Of a DNA stretch of 64,000 bases, positions 30,217 through 45,880 are shown one piece after another; position 1 is the first letter of the stretch, and each line of letters starts with the position of its first letter. A program made the position numbers and the translations under genes. Below the pieces are notes generated by a model that had not been told where the DNA came from, ran no database searches, and was given only the letters and a program-made list of their open reading frames with translations. The stretch is from Eledone cirrhosa. Its lineage: Eukaryota. Location of the stretch: positions 305,474,001 to 305,538,000 of the forward strand of contig OZ024742.1 in NCBI GenBank assembly GCA_964016885.1, written 5' to 3'.

Positions 30217-30340
30217 ATATATATACATGGCACGTGTTTTACTTCATTCTTTGTACGTGAAACTATAATTTATAGACATTCACCAGAAAACATTCTACCT
30301 GAAGCTGCTTCCATATGTTGCGGTCTTTGTTTGCTGCGTA

Positions 30341-31087
30341 CTGCACAGCCATTTCATTCGCAGAGGTTACCCCCCCTCTCTCGTCCACACCGCTCTCACC
30401 CGCGCCCGTGCTATCCCCCGCTCCACCACCCTTACCCCACGCCACCGCACACCCACCCACCGTCTCCCCTTCCCCATCACCTACCACCCCTCCACCGCAC
30501 CCCTCCACCGCACCATCCGCCGCCTCTTCCGACACCTCCAGTCCGACCCCTCCACCTCCCACATCTTCCCAACCCCACCACTCCCCTCCTTCAAACGCGC
30601 ACGCAATCTCCGCACCCTCCTCGTCCACAGCTCCCTACCCCCCAACCCACGCTCCGTTTCCCCCCCCCCCGGTTCCTTCCCCTGTTCTAGGCCCCGCTGC
30701 AACACCTGTCCCTACATCACCAACACCACCACCTTCCAGGGTCCCAACGGCCACCCTCTCTCGGTCCGGCATGCCTTCCGCTGCACCTCCTCCAACCTAG
30801 TCTACGGACTTCGTTGCACGAGGTGCAGCGCGACTTATGTCGGACAGACGGGACGCCGCCTGGCGGACCGAGTCACGGAGCACCTCCGGGACATTCGTCT
30901 CGGGGGCAGTTCCCCCATCGCCCGCCACTTTGGTGGCCCTGGACACTCCGCACGCCATCTCACAGTCTGTGGCCTACTCCAGTGCCACGGAACACCCGCC
31001 CATCGCCTTACGGTCGAACAACGTACTATCTTCATCTTACAGACCCACACTCCCCCCGGCCTGAACTCCCCACCCCTATTCCTTTAG
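30341..31087 (+). CDS. PLE ORF C-terminal part with Cys-rich linker and GIY-YIG endonuclease (absent from the ORF track)
   Basis: Manual translation: [109 protein letters not shown]; no stop until TAG at 31085-31087. Confidence 0.9.
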   Translation: MHSHFIRRGYPPSLVHTALTRARAIPRSTTLTPRHRTPTHRLPFPITYHPSTAPLHRTIRRLFRHLQSDPSTSHIFPTPPLPSFKRARNLRTLLVHSSLPPNPRSVSPPPGSFPCSRPRCNTCPYITNTTTFQGPNGHPLSVRHAFRCTSSNLVYGLRCTRCSATYVGQTGRRLADRVTEHLRDIRLGGSSPIARHFGGPGHSARHLTVCGLLQCHGTPAHRLTVEQRTIFILQTHTPPGLNSPPLFL

Positions 31088-32444
31088 CGTTCGACCGCCC
31101 CCCTCCCCCCACACTTATCCCCCACTAACACCACTAACACACCCCTCCTTTTCACCGCCCACCCCACACTAACAATACTAACACCTCCACTCCACCCCTC
31201 ATCTGACCACCCTTCCCCAACTAACATACTAACATCCCTTCCCTCTCCTCTTCTCCTCCTCCCCCTCCTTATCACACGCACACACGCACCCACTTACACC
31301 ACCCACCCCCACGCAACTAACATCACTAACACCCTCTAACCCCACGCACACGTACCCACACACCCTCGTACACCACCAACTCTACACACCCTACCCCCAC
31401 TAACCCCCACTCACATCTGCATTTCACCCCTCCCCACCTCCCGTATATTAACACCCACTAACACCTCTTCACCAAACTACACACACACCAGTACACCACA
31501 CTCCCTCCCTAGAACCACACACACTCTTCTCTCCCCGCTCCACACTCACTCATCCCACTAACACCCCACTAATACACACACACATACACACACACACACA
31601 CACACACCCTCCTCACTCCAACTCTCACACCTACCCATCCTCGCCTCCCTACCATTCCGCCGACTGGTGCTATGCCCTTCCGACCACTGTCTCAGCACCA
31701 ACTGACCACAGCACTTCCACTGCTGACCACTTCCTGTTGCGCGCGCACCCCACATCTCTCCTCTTCCGACCACCGCTTCTTGGATTACCCACACGCGTTT
31801 TGACTTCTCACTAAAATCTCCATACATCCGTGTAACTTACCACTTTTCAACCACCCTCTTACACCACCACCTATATAACTCACCCACACACACACACCCC
31901 AAAACAATTTTTTATCCACACGCCACCCACACCCACAACACGCTTAAACCACACACACGTGCTTCCCACCACATATTTACACCCTCAGCCCCCTGATTCC
32001 TCTCCCCCCACCCCCCTATCCACACACGCACAGACCCTCCGACCCACAAAAACACCCCCCACACACACCTTCCTGAACATGCAACCCCGTTCTTCCCCCA
32101 ACCCTCACTTTCACATACACACACACACACACACACGCACACCTAACCACACACACCACCTTCAGCCCTCCCCGCTCGGACACCCCGTCTCCCTCTCCCC
32201 ACACCACCCGCCACCACCTCTACTCACCCCACACCCTTCCACCACCTGTTTACCCCCCTTTTAATTTCAGTTTATTTTGATCATGCCTTTATTTTTAAAT
32301 GTTCTCATTCCTTGTATTTTGATCATGCTTTATTTTTATTTATTATTTATTATATTTTTGTCTTTATTTGTTAATTTTTCATTCGCGCCGTTTCCTTTCG
32401 CTATATGTCTCTCCACCACTCCCCTACACACCTTTTGAACTCTC

Positions 32445-32476
32445 ACCTGAAGAAGGGCTTATGCCCGAAACGTCGT
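32445..32476 (+). ncRNA. Minimal hammerhead ribozyme motif of the Neptune-type PLE
   Basis: CTGAAGA-A-GGGC(ttat)GCCC-GAAAC-GTC; helix I very short. Confidence 0.8.
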
Positions 32477-32562
32477 CCCCCACCTACCCCCCACTCTCCT
32501 GAGCGTGAATTTAATAAACATTTGTCGTACTGCCTCTCTGTTCTGTCCCTGTTCAATTTTTC

Positions 32563-32621
<59 letters not shown>

Positions 32622-32635
32622 TTATATATATATAT

Positions 32636-32760
32636 CAAAATAAAGATCAGAATGCACGGTATGAATTTCCTATCATTTTAATCACGACACATGTTTCAAT
32701 AAGAGATAAATCGAGCGTGAGACCATGATCGATTATCACTGATCTCGTTAGGTGAAAATG
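32636..32760 (-). mobile_element. PLE-terminus-like module with decayed HHR (long helix II)
   Basis: Reverse complement TCAC-CTAACGA-[GATCAGTGATAATCGA...TCGATTTATCTCTTATT]-GAAAC(atgt)GTC-GTGA, tail running into (TA)n. Confidence 0.5.
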
Positions 32761-32832
32761 AATTGTTTTCAAACCCTTGATATGAGGGAGAAAATTTAAC
32801 GATGTTCACTCACTAGTGTTTTCTCCTCCATA

Positions 32833-32955
<123 letters not shown>

Positions 32956-33192
32956 ATTTATATATATATATATAGACAAATAAATTATCGAGAATCGGAA
33001 CTTCGGTCCACGAAATAACGAAAAACAATCTTCGAAATGTGCGGCAAAGTGCTCAATAGTTCGGATAAACCAGAGTTATAACTAACGTTTAATACCAACA
33101 CACTGAGACGATGCTTAAACAATCATTCGCACAGCCAAAAATACGACCAAGAAAATTCGGGTCAAACAAATAAAAATATATATGAATGAAAA

Positions 33193-33262
<70 letters not shown>

Positions 33263-33597
33263 TTAAATAACAGATTAAAGTTTAAGCAAAGAATCGCTGC
33301 TTTCACCCTTAACGGGATATATATATATATATATATACGTATGTATATATGTATGCCTGTATATATATATATACGTAGATATGTTTATATATACATATAT
33401 ATATATATATGCATGCATACGTACAAGCATGCATGTATGTATATATGTATATATGTATATATGTACGCATGCTTCATCTACGTATGTATGCATATATATA
33501 TATGGAGTAAGGTCAATTATGGAAACTCGTGATTGCGACCAGGATATCATAACCATTCAGCTATGTATACGACCACACACACTTACACACATACACA

Positions 33598-33666
<69 letters not shown>

Positions 33667-33670
33667 CAAA

Positions 33671-33817
33671 TATTTATTAAAATAACAGATTAAAGTTTAA
33701 GCAAAGTATCGCTGCTTTCACCCTTAACGGGATCTTCTAAAACTCAGAAGAGTTTCAGAAGATCCCCTTAAGGGTAAAAGCGGCGATACTTTGCTTAAAC
33801 TTTAATCTGTTATTTTA

Positions 33818-33824
<7 letters not shown>
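33671..33824. mobile_element. Family C fold-back palindrome (approx. 75-bp arms, AGAA spacer)
   Basis: TTAAAATAACAGATTAAAGTTTAAGCAAAG...AACTC agaa GAGTT...CTTTGCTTAAACTTTAATCTGTTATTTTAA. Single arms also at about 12156-12180, 33264-33317, 41516-41553 and 43927-43966. Confidence 0.85.
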
Positions 33825-33881
<57 letters not shown>

Positions 33882-33882
<1 letters not shown>

Positions 33883-33968
33883 GTAAAAAATTGAACGGTA
33901 ACAAAACAGAGAGGCAGTACGAACAGAGGTTTATTAGTTTCACGCTCTTGAGAGTGGGGTGGTGGTGG

Positions 33969-33970
<2 letters not shown>
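33882..33970 (-). mobile_element. 3' tip of a PLE related to 32477-32565
   Basis: Reverse complement CCCCACTCTCAAGAGCGTGAAACTAATAAAC..TCGTACTGCCTCTCTGTT..GTTCAATTTTT. Confidence 0.8.
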
Positions 33971-34005
<35 letters not shown>

Positions 34006-34600
34006 GATTTCCGTATTTCAGTGCAGAAGTAAATGATAAAGTAGAAAATCAAACTTTCCAGTAGTTGTCTTCCTGTTTATTCTACAACAACTACGACGGT
34101 ACACGATGGGGCCCACCCACAGCCCCGGCGGACAGAATGGAGAAGGCGTTTCCCCGGAGGGAGGACGGCAAGGGAGACACGCTGGAAAAGCCACTCCAAC
34201 TCGCGGGGCTCACACCTGCGACTGGCCCGCTCAGCGCCTATGGTGGTGAGGTAGCCCTGTGGCCGGGGACACCAGAAGTCTTCACCGTCAGGGGTACGAC
34301 CGCAAACCTGTCGGAGAGCGACCGGTATTTGAGGAGTTTGGCCCCCTCAGCCCGACGTACAGCAGAACTTGGGTCAGTCGCAGACTGCACCAGGTTGCGC
34401 GGACGTTAAGTTGATTTAACAACTGACTGCTCCACGTCGACATCGACCGATGATCAACTATGTATATATGTATGTAAGTATGTATGCATGTATGTATGTT
34501 GTGTATAGATGTATGTATGTATGTAATTATGTATGTATGTAACGCTTCTGTTTAGATTCTTTTTCAGATATTTCATACACGGTTTTTATTTCTCTCTGGC

Positions 34601-34672
<72 letters not shown>

Positions 34673-35370
34673 GTGAATAATTCATGCTTGCATACACACC
34701 TACATCCATAGATCTCCCCCCCCCCATATATATATTTATATATACATACATACTTTCTAACATATCGTGCATACACACATATATGCCTACCTACTCATAC
34801 CATCTCATTCACCAAACTACATTCATTAATGCTTTCATGCATTCATACAAATGTACGCGTTTACACTGTCATACATGCATACATATATACATATACGCAT
34901 ATACACTTAAACGTGCACATGCATGCACATACACTTAAACACACTTACATATAAACAGAATTACACATACACGTATATATAAACAGAATTACATTTACCA
35001 ACCAACATGGTAGTCCTCTCAGCGGGAGAGCTACCTGAAAAGGGGGACAAATTGAAGAGTCTTGCGGCAAATGGCAGAAGACGCAGTGAGTTGAGAAGAA
35101 TGAAACTGGAAATTGTGCAGGAAGGTCTTGGAATGCATTAAAACCAGCAGTGCCAGGAAGCTGTAAGCTGCCAATCCCGCAACATTTCACTGTCTCAACT
35201 TAAGTCTTGCTTTATCATGTTTTCTTCAGAATTACTATTTACAACGTCTTCATTTCTAGTCCTCCCACTCTCTCTTTCCCTCACTCTCTCCCCTCTCCAC
35301 ATTTCTCTCTCTGTATTCCCCTCTTTTCATTACTCTATCATGATCCCTCGTATTTGTCTTTGTTTCTCTG

Positions 35371-35489
<119 letters not shown>

Positions 35490-36323
35490 TACATATATAG
35501 AGAGAGAGAGGGAGAGAGAGAAAGACAGAGACAGAGACAGGGATAGAGACAAATATATATATATGTCCCTTCTAATCTATCTATCTATCTATCTATCTAT
35601 CTTGCCCTCTTTTCTCTTTTTCCCCTTTCCTGTTCTTCCTCTATGTCTGTACTCTCCCTCCTCCCCTCCCCTTCCCCATTCATCCAATCTTTACCGGTGA
35701 CAATGCGACCACTGACATCCAATTCGCCATTAACCATCAACCCCACCACCTACCATTTACAAGTAAATCCACCACAACCAACGTTCACCAATATCAGTCG
35801 CTAACAATCATCACCATCAGCCGCCACCAACCACCACCACCATCAACAACAACAACCTAGATCACCAACCACCATCAGCAGCTATCAAACACCACCACCA
35901 CCAACAACAACAACACCAACAACAACCAGACGCTACTAACCTCCAATACCAACCACCACCACCAACACCAACACCAACCCCCATCAACCATCAGCGACAA
36001 AACCCCCACCACCACCACTACCATCACGATCATCATCATCATCATCACCACCACCACCACCACCACTAACAATCACCAACCGCCCTCGGCATGATCATCA
36101 TCTACCACAGCAGTCAAAATAGGAACTTGCGTTGTCACATTTCGACAGAGAACAACTATTGACAAACTTGGTGATCGAAGCTAATGGACATAGGCAAAAC
36201 CTCGCCCATAATATAGCATTTCCTCTTGAATCAACGTTCCATTTACGTATCTGGTGCCTACCTCCCTACTTACCTACCTCCCTACCTCACCACTTACCTC
36301 TCTCCCCTTCACTCTCTCACTCT

Positions 36324-36423
<100 letters not shown>

Positions 36424-37859
36424 CATATATATGTATGTATATATGTGTGTATAGACATCTCTCTATAATCAATTGAACGTTCAGCTGTTCTTTCTTCCGT
36501 CTATATTTCTCTTTCTCACTCCTTCCCTTCTCTCTCCCGCTTCTCTTTATCTCTCTCTTTATATATACATCTCTTTCTCTCTCTCTCTCTCTGTATATAT
36601 ATATATATATATTTATCACTAAGAGTAAATCTTACAGCCACTCATTCACTAATGTTCTCCTTTTCTATCTCCCCCTTCCGTCTCTATAACTTTTGCTATC
36701 TTTCTCTGATTTCCTACACACTCTACAGCTTGCTTTCCACCACCACCACTACCACCACCACCATCGTCTCCAACTGTCTCACCTCTCCCCTTCATTCACC
36801 ATTCTCCCCCTCTATCCAGTCATCGGCAGATAAGATTTCTCCTCAAGCCAAATCTCCCATTTCTACTTTCCGCCCGCTGTGATCGATACGAGGCGGTCGC
36901 CATGGTGAAATGGTTCGGCAACAGGTCTCTTATTAAGAGGAGAAACGGCGATGGCGGTTTTAGAACCGGTGCTGCTGCTGCTGCTGCTGCTGTTGTTGTT
37001 GGTGGAGAAGGTGTTGGTGTTGGGTGTGTTGTAGGAGAGGGTGATAGAGGAGGAAAAGAAATTAGCAGCAGTGACAGTGGTGATGTGGCTGACGTCGGTA
37101 GTGATGTGATGACGGTGGTGCTGATGGTGATGGTGGTGGTGGTGGCACTGCTGATGCCGGTGTTGATGGTGGTGGTGGTGGTGGTGGTGGCTTTGGCGGC
37201 ACTGTTGACACTGGTGGTTTTGGTGACGGTATTGGTGGTGAGGGTAAAATAAAAGATGGACTGATGCAGCTATAGAGTGTATGTTTGTATGTATGTGTGC
37301 GTATATATGTGTGTATGTGTATATATGGATGTGTGTATATATATATATATATATGTGTGTGTGTATGAGTGTGTATCTATCTGTGTGTGTGTGCATATAT
37401 ATGTGTGTGTGTGTATATATGAGTGTGTATTTATCTGTGTGTGTTGGTGGATGTATGGTATTATGTAGGGTAGTGTAGTAGAAGAGACTCCATCTTACAG
37501 TGATGTGATATGAGCCTCTCTACTATGTAGTCGTTCCTATGAGGGGACAGTGTATGTGGTTTTTCTCTTGTATTGTGTTGTTATTCTTTTCTCTATTTTT
37601 GTGTTTATTCCATGTAAGTATGACTGTGCATGCGTATGTATGATTTTTGCCGTTGTGTATTTATTTACGCCTGTATGTGCCTGCTTATATATAGGATTTT
37701 GTGACCGTTTCTCAATATATATATGTGTATGTTTGTGTATGCGCGCACACACACTCTTTCTGACACCCACACACATATGTAGGTGACTGAATACACACGT
37801 GTTTTTTACTCATAAAAAGAAATGCCCGTTTCTTCCTCATCTCATTTTCTATCTTTTTT

Positions 37860-37985
37860 GATATTTCTGAGGAAAGACTAGTGCCGGAAACGTTAATACA
37901 CTTTTCCTACTATATCCAGCGTTAGACTAATATATTTTTTCATTCTACTGTGTCGTTTGTTTTGTTATTTATGTTTACTTTTGTA
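37860..37985 (+). mobile_element. Family F module, decayed HHR
   Basis: CTGAGGA-AAGAC(tagt)GCCG-GAAACGTTA with the family F tail. Confidence 0.55.
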
Positions 37986-38303
37986 TATATATATATACAT
38001 TATTAGGGTAAACATTGATGCAATTCAATTCAAGCACTCAACGTACTTTTTCCACATAGGAGTGACGGAGTAAATATCGAATAAGTAAAAGCGAAGTAGT
38101 TTCAGATGTTCAAGTCCTTTAATAATAATGCTGTGATATATATTTCAATGACGACACTGGCCACACTGTTCTGTGTGCGAGTGTCGTGACATCATCAGAC
38201 AGCTTGTTACATAATAAGGTTGTTTCCGAGTCAATCCAAATTGAATCGACATGGGAACGGACGAAGTTCGTGCTTTTGGGTTTTTCATCCGTTCCAACGG
38301 ATA

Positions 38304-38393
<90 letters not shown>

Positions 38394-38474
38394 CAAATGA
38401 AGCAACGTAGTAAAGGACCCGTGTTGTTCCCTGGTAACGTACACCCTGTAATGAAAAAAAATGTTCTTTTCATG

Positions 38475-38925
<451 letters not shown>

Positions 38926-39663
38926 CACAGTTTACAGAAAAGTGAACTCGGTATTTGGACTGTAGCATTAATCGCGTCATTGTACAGACAAAATGTATAA
39001 TTCTTTTGCCAGCTGGAACTATTACATTAGAGAGGGCCTAGGCCAGTAGAGGCAAACCTATTTAAGTTATATGTAATAGATCTGAACATAGATTTTGAAC
39101 ACCAGGAGAAATTGTAGCTAAGCCACCGATTACAAAGGTATCCAGCATATCATTCTGAACTATATCTGTCTGCACTGGACGGATACTTTACAAAGCATTC
39201 TCAACCACCCTATGGTAGTGTAAGTGAAGACGGGGAAGGAACTGGAGCAATGTGAAATAAAGTTTCTTGCTCAAGGAGAAAAGGCACCCGCCGATCATGA
39301 TCCAAACACCTCTAATGTTGCTTAACGTACCCACCCATACACTTACCTACATTTAGATACACGCGAAAACAAAGCAATTAGCTAACACACACTTCGCAAA
39401 TACAATCAATAAACGAAAATACAATTATAAAAGACTTTCCTAAAATTCAAACTGTAATGCTTCTCTTTTAACCGCATTTCAAACGATGGAGGTTTATTTC
39501 TTTGTTAGACACAAATACAGTCTTTGTCGTAAGAATTAGGATAATTGAACAAGAAGGATAACATACGTATTGTGCATATTTGATATACATATCTGTTGTG
39601 TCCTTGAGCAAGAGATTTATTTCACATGGTTCTAGTTTACTCATATATATATGTGTGTGTATA

Positions 39664-39760
<97 letters not shown>

Positions 39761-39817
39761 AATGAAAGTATAGACATTAATGTGAGCAAGAAGCCAACAG
39801 TATTTTATAATATATAA

Positions 39818-39859
39818 GTGACTATAACGTCAAAATGTATATTTTGACGTTATAGTCAC
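39818..39859. repeat. 19-bp-arm hairpin next to (TA)n
   Basis: GTGACTATAACGTCAAAAT gtat ATTTTGACGTTATAGTCAC. Confidence 0.85.
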
Positions 39860-39897
39860 AATATATATGTATATATATATGTGTGTATATATATATA

Positions 39898-39951
<54 letters not shown>

Positions 39952-39953
<2 letters not shown>

Positions 39954-40150
39954 TTATAGAAGGAGCTTCTACAGGACTAGTACTGTTTCATTCAGATGAA
40001 ATCTTCAGGAAGCACTTCCTGAAGATTTCATCTGAATGAAACAGTACTAGTCCTGTAGAAGCTCCTTCTATAAAATAAAAAAATTTTACTCTGCCATGTA
40101 TTGAGTACCTTACTTACTGTGGTTATCCCCGACTCAACCCGGGACCTACG
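39952..40150 (+). mobile_element. Family G perfect fold-back (61-bp arms, 2-nt spacer) plus tail; HHR core in each arm
   Basis: Arms 39952-40012 / 40015-40075; CTGAAGA-T-TTCA(tc)TGAA-T-GAAAC-A-GTA at 40019-40046. Confidence 0.85.
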
Positions 40151-40188
<38 letters not shown>

Positions 40189-40533
40189 AGTGTGTACGTA
40201 AAAGAACGTATACAAATATATTCATGTACATCATATTACTCACGCAGAAACAGACACGCACACACACGTGTGTATAGAGAAGTAAAGGAATGAGAAAGAC
40301 AGTGGTATAAGAGCATCCGTACATAAATGTGTATGTGCGTGTATGTTTGCCTCTGTATGTGTGTCATACGTGTATGTGTATATGTGTGAGTCGCAAGAGT
40401 GAAACAAAGATTAACTTCGCCTGTTCTTTAATTAAACACAATTAGGTTGTGTACACAAGACTTTGTATATCTTCTTACAACATATGTCATATGCATATGT
40501 GAGTATTTTGTATCCACACACGTGTATGTGTGC

Positions 40534-40700
<167 letters not shown>

Positions 40701-40740
40701 TATAGATATATATGTTTGTGTGCAATATGTATATATATTT

Positions 40741-40800
<60 letters not shown>

Positions 40801-41599
40801 CTGTAGTAAACAACATAAGATAATTATTTCATTTACCAGTGGTTTCTTGAAAGCAAACAAACTTTGCCTTCAATCATCAGAATGAAAAAATCTTGGTGTA
40901 TTTATTGACAATGGATTTTAACAACAAAAATATAATCTATATCTTTTTTCCTGGACTTTTTCTACAGAATTACTTCATTCACGCACACACACACAAATAT
41001 ATATATATATTTGTGTGTACATATGTATGCGTCTATATGAGAATGTGCGTATATATATATATATATATATATACGTAAATATTTGCCTAGTCAAAGTAGA
41101 ATTTCAAACTAAGCTACCAGTGATACAAGTTACAACAATGCGTGTTCTAGCTTTCCGATCTGTGGAACAGCCTTTTCGGTGAATTAGCGCACATAAGCAT
41201 TTCATAGACATGTATTCCCTTAACGAAATTCTCAGCTAGATTTAGCAGAAAACTGTGTATGGCCATCTGAAATAAAACCACTGCCCACTCACCAAACTTT
41301 GATCACATCAGTTAGCTTCAGCTGATGCTATAGTAAATGTTACTTGCCCAAGATATTATGCAGTGGGATCGAACCCCGGATGTTAACACTACGATGCGAA
41401 CTTTTCAAACATTCCACCATACTGCCTCTACAAGCATAAAGATATAAACATATAGTTACACACACACACATATACACACACACATATATACATACATACA
41501 TATATATATATATATTTATTAAAATAACAGATTAAAGTTTAAGCAAAGAATCGCATATGCCTATGTAAATCTACACATACACACATGTATATATCAGTA

Positions 41600-41630
<31 letters not shown>

Positions 41631-42241
41631 ACAATCATATGTTTATACAATCATGTATATATTATACAATCATGTATATTTATATCTATATAGGTATATA
41701 TACGCACATATGAACACATCATGCATAGAAACATGCATATTTGCTTAGGATCTCAAAAAGAGAATTATAGAAAATACATATTAACGCGCACACATACACA
41801 CAACTATACAGTACACATACACACACATACAGCATGTATGATTGACATGCATGCATGCATGTTTAATCTGCACGAGAAGTGACGCAGTGATGTCAACGGC
41901 TTAGCAGTGGGTAGCGTTGTTTATGGTACAAAATTGTAAAGATGCTAAAGCCAACTCGTTGTCAGCAATGGTGAGATATCTTGAGTGAAATGTCGACGAG
42001 AAATTGACGTCCTCGTTGGCATTCTTCATTAGTAAAAGTCAATAGGCTCTGTCAACAAACTGCTCTTAGAATAGTGGCAAATAACACTTGAAGACAAAGC
42101 AAGAATAGACAAAAAGCAACAACAACAATAACAACAATAAAAACAACAACAAAAAAATGTTAGTAATGTTAAAATAATATGAAAAGGAAAAAAAAAGAGA
42201 AATTTGTAATAAATGAATGGAAAATTAGCACTGACAATAAA

Positions 42242-42304
<63 letters not shown>

Positions 42305-42390
42305 CACTACTACTACTACTACTACTAATGCTGCTACTACTACTACTGCTGCTGCTGCAACTCCTACTCCTACTGATACAACTACTACTA

Positions 42391-42577
42391 CAGTGAAATT
42401 CCTTTATAAAGAAATTCTTGGGGTAGAAAAGAAATTCGTTGTAACGAAAAATTCTTTATAACGAAATCGACCGAAACAAATCGAGCGTCTGTTTGTTATT
42501 AACTCGGGGATTGAAAAGCATTTTGTTATACTGAAAAATTCGTTGTAATGGTATTCGTTATAACAGAATTTTACATG
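42391..42577. mobile_element. pogo/Tigger-like MITE with TA target duplication in (CTA)n
   Basis: TA-CAGTGAAATTCCTTTATAAAGAA...TTCGTTATAACAGAATTTTACATG-TA; internal TTCGTTRTAA subrepeats. Confidence 0.7.
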
Positions 42578-42630
42578 TAATGCTACTACTAAATTTGCTG
42601 CTGCTACTGCTACTACTATTGCTCCTGCAG

Positions 42631-42691
<61 letters not shown>

Positions 42692-43182
42692 AGCTACTAC
42701 TACTGCTACTGCTGCTGCTACTACTACTGGTGCTACACCTGCTGGGACCAAAATTACTAGTGAAGTCCCACACTTAGTGGTGTTGATTACCTGATCAAAT
42801 ATGAGTTGTCGTGGAAAACGACGCCCTTTATATCATGTTACCTAAGTCTACTCAGCTGAAAACTGGGTACCAGTCGCTGGATATTAACCCAACGGACTGG
42901 CTGTCACGATGTCACATAAACCCCTGATAAGCTGTTGCTGTTCACTACTAGAGCTACTGGTGCTGCTGCTACTTCAACAACTAGAATGCTTACAGAGGTG
43001 TCTTTAAATCGTTTCTACATATGCTAGAAATAGCAGTCCAAACTTCCTCAGGACACACTCTTACAGCCTTAAACTGGACAAGGTAGCAGACGTATCAACT
43101 CTCAGCGTCGGACGGAGAGATCTGCCATCCACTTTGGTGTGGATGAGAGATGTTTTCTCTTGTGAAAATGAGTATAGATTTC

Positions 43183-43370
43183 ATGGTGGATTAGCAGTAT
43201 CGGTAGAGGGTCGGACGTCATGCTTTCCAACATAGTTACGTCCCTTTACGATCTGAGTTCAAATCCCGCCGAGGTTGACTTTGCCTTTCATCCTTACGGG
43301 GTCGATAAAATAAACTACCAGTAATGCACTGGGTAATTGCTGGCCTTGTGCCTAAAGTAGAAACAATTAT
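43183..43370 (+). mobile_element. SINE family 1 copy
   Basis: GAGTTCAAATCC B-box and core GCCTTTCATCCTTACGGGGTCGATAAAAT. Confidence 0.75.
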
Positions 43371-43823
43371 GTAAAATCTCTCCATTTTGCCTCATTTCTC
43401 CCCGTGTTTTAGAGGTTGGCAGGCCTGAGGCAATATCTTAAAGCTACAAATATATGTTGGGACAGTGACAGCTCTAAACATTAACAACAGTAGCATTAAC
43501 ATCTTGAGAATAACTTTCTTCTTGAAGTTTTCAAAACAGTTCGAACGACTGAAGAAATTTCTATTTATTTTTTTCCTTTCTTCGGGAGGAGATCAGAAAT
43601 ATCTATGTCTCCCCGAAATTGGTGATAGGGGGGGGGGGACCAATATATCAGGCAAGTGCCTGAACAAATATCTGAAATCAGCTCTTACGAAGCTCTATAA
43701 AATTCAGCCAATCACTAATCCTATGTTGATATGCATTTTTATCGATCGCCAAAAGAATGAGAGGCAAAATTGACATCTGCGAGATTTGAACTGAGATGAC
43801 AAACATGCAGCAGTACTATGCAT

Positions 43824-43866
<43 letters not shown>

Positions 43867-43965
43867 CGTGCGCGAGCGCGTGTGCGCATGCGTGCGTTTG
43901 TGTGCGTATATATATAACATATTTATTATAAGAACATATTAAAGTTTAAGCAAAGAATCGCTGCT

Positions 43966-44035
<70 letters not shown>

Positions 44036-44056
44036 TATGTATATACTTATATATAT

Positions 44057-44105
<49 letters not shown>

Positions 44106-44149
44106 CATATATATATATATAATTACATATATATATATATATATATACA

Positions 44150-44187
<38 letters not shown>

Positions 44188-44195
44188 TATATATA

Positions 44196-44254
<59 letters not shown>

Positions 44255-44557
44255 AGGACACACGTCATCTGGCCTTTATTTAATGTCGTTACTGTACAAC
44301 AAAGAACCAAGCAGAAGGCAGTGGAAACAATAACAGCTGTTATACTTCTTCTATGTGTTGTTTTTGTTTTTGGTGCGTCCATGACCTACCTTTAACTGGA
44401 AATATAAAACTGTCACCCCTTTCTTCCCCACCAACACACATTAGAGCCAGAACTAAACAATTGTCTCTTCAAATGGGGGATTGAAATACCATGTGCCTAT
44501 AATTGTGCCTGTGTGAGGGAGTAAATCTCTCCCCCCCCCTCTCTCTCTCTATTTCGC

Positions 44558-44629
<72 letters not shown>

Positions 44630-45277
44630 ATATATAACTAAATATTTGCGTTATATACACGTAATATACACGTAAGACTGTGACACGCATATATGTCTGC
44701 TTTATACATACATACGCACGCACATGCGCACACACACCCACACCCACATACACACACACATGCATATATACACATACATACATATATATTAAGACACGTG
44801 CGAATGTAGCGAAATTGTAAGTAGCACTGAGACAAGACATTGAAATCTGTTGATCATCTGAGAGGGGACGAACTAACGGGCTACCCACCTGTTAGCTGTA
44901 AATGAGCCGTGTGTCAGCGTCTATGGGGGCATGCTAAAGATTCGTTCCACATTTCTATTCCACTCTAGGCTGTGTCTCAGAAAAACACATATCGTCAGGA
45001 GAACATGGAATAGGAAACTTGGTTTTACAATTTCATATCACACCCAGAGGATATGAGGTTGGAGCAGCGAATCGCTGTAGATATTGTTATTTAATCCGAT
45101 ACCTCTAACAACTCTGCCAATTGTCATTGCTCCCACCTCACTCACACGTACACTTCGTATGTACGTGTGTGTGAGGGGAGGGGAAGGGGGAGGGGTGTAG
45201 ACGACATGAAATGACAGGGAGAATGCAGAACAAAAGAAATGTGCTTTGACAAAATACATGCACAAAGATATATATGT

Positions 45278-45360
<83 letters not shown>

Positions 45361-45500
45361 CTGTGTGAGTGTGTGTGTGTGTGTGCATGTATTGGCAGTA
45401 TGATTTCCCTCCCCCCACCTACGCCAAAACAATATACATATATTGGCTAGGAACAAAACAAAAGTGCAGTACGTTCATATATATATATATACATACACAC

Positions 45501-45545
<45 letters not shown>

Positions 45546-45548
<3 letters not shown>

Positions 45549-45880
45549 CGTTTCTGAATTTGTTTAGCAAGATTCTTTATCTGAAATCGTGTGTTGAAAC
45601 CGATATTGTTATACTTTGGGAGGGTCATGTTGCCAATAAAAAACACACGCACCAGTTGCTTTCACTTCAATTTAATTTATTAAATATTTATCAATTTACA
45701 AATTTATAAATTTCTGGTTGGTTGGTTGGTTCCACAACCAGATAGTTGTTTATATATATATAGTCATAGTTCTTTCGTCACACACTCTGTGACCTCTTGA
45801 TAAATATTTAATAAATTAAATTGAAGTGAAAGCAACTGGTGCGTGTGTTTCTTATTGGCAACATGACCCTCCCAAAGTAT

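Larger units (their letters stand above)
30341..32565 (+). mobile_element. Penelope-like element (Neptune-type), 5'-truncated: RT thumb/linker + GIY-YIG, C/A-rich 3' UTR, HHR, AATAAA, then (TA)n
   Basis: See the ORF and HHR entries; AATAAA at 32513. Confidence 0.9.

Noticed and set aside
30133-31128. Pro/His-rich extensin-like ORFs
   Set aside because: Alternative frames of the C-rich PLE ORF; the true frame is 30341-31087.
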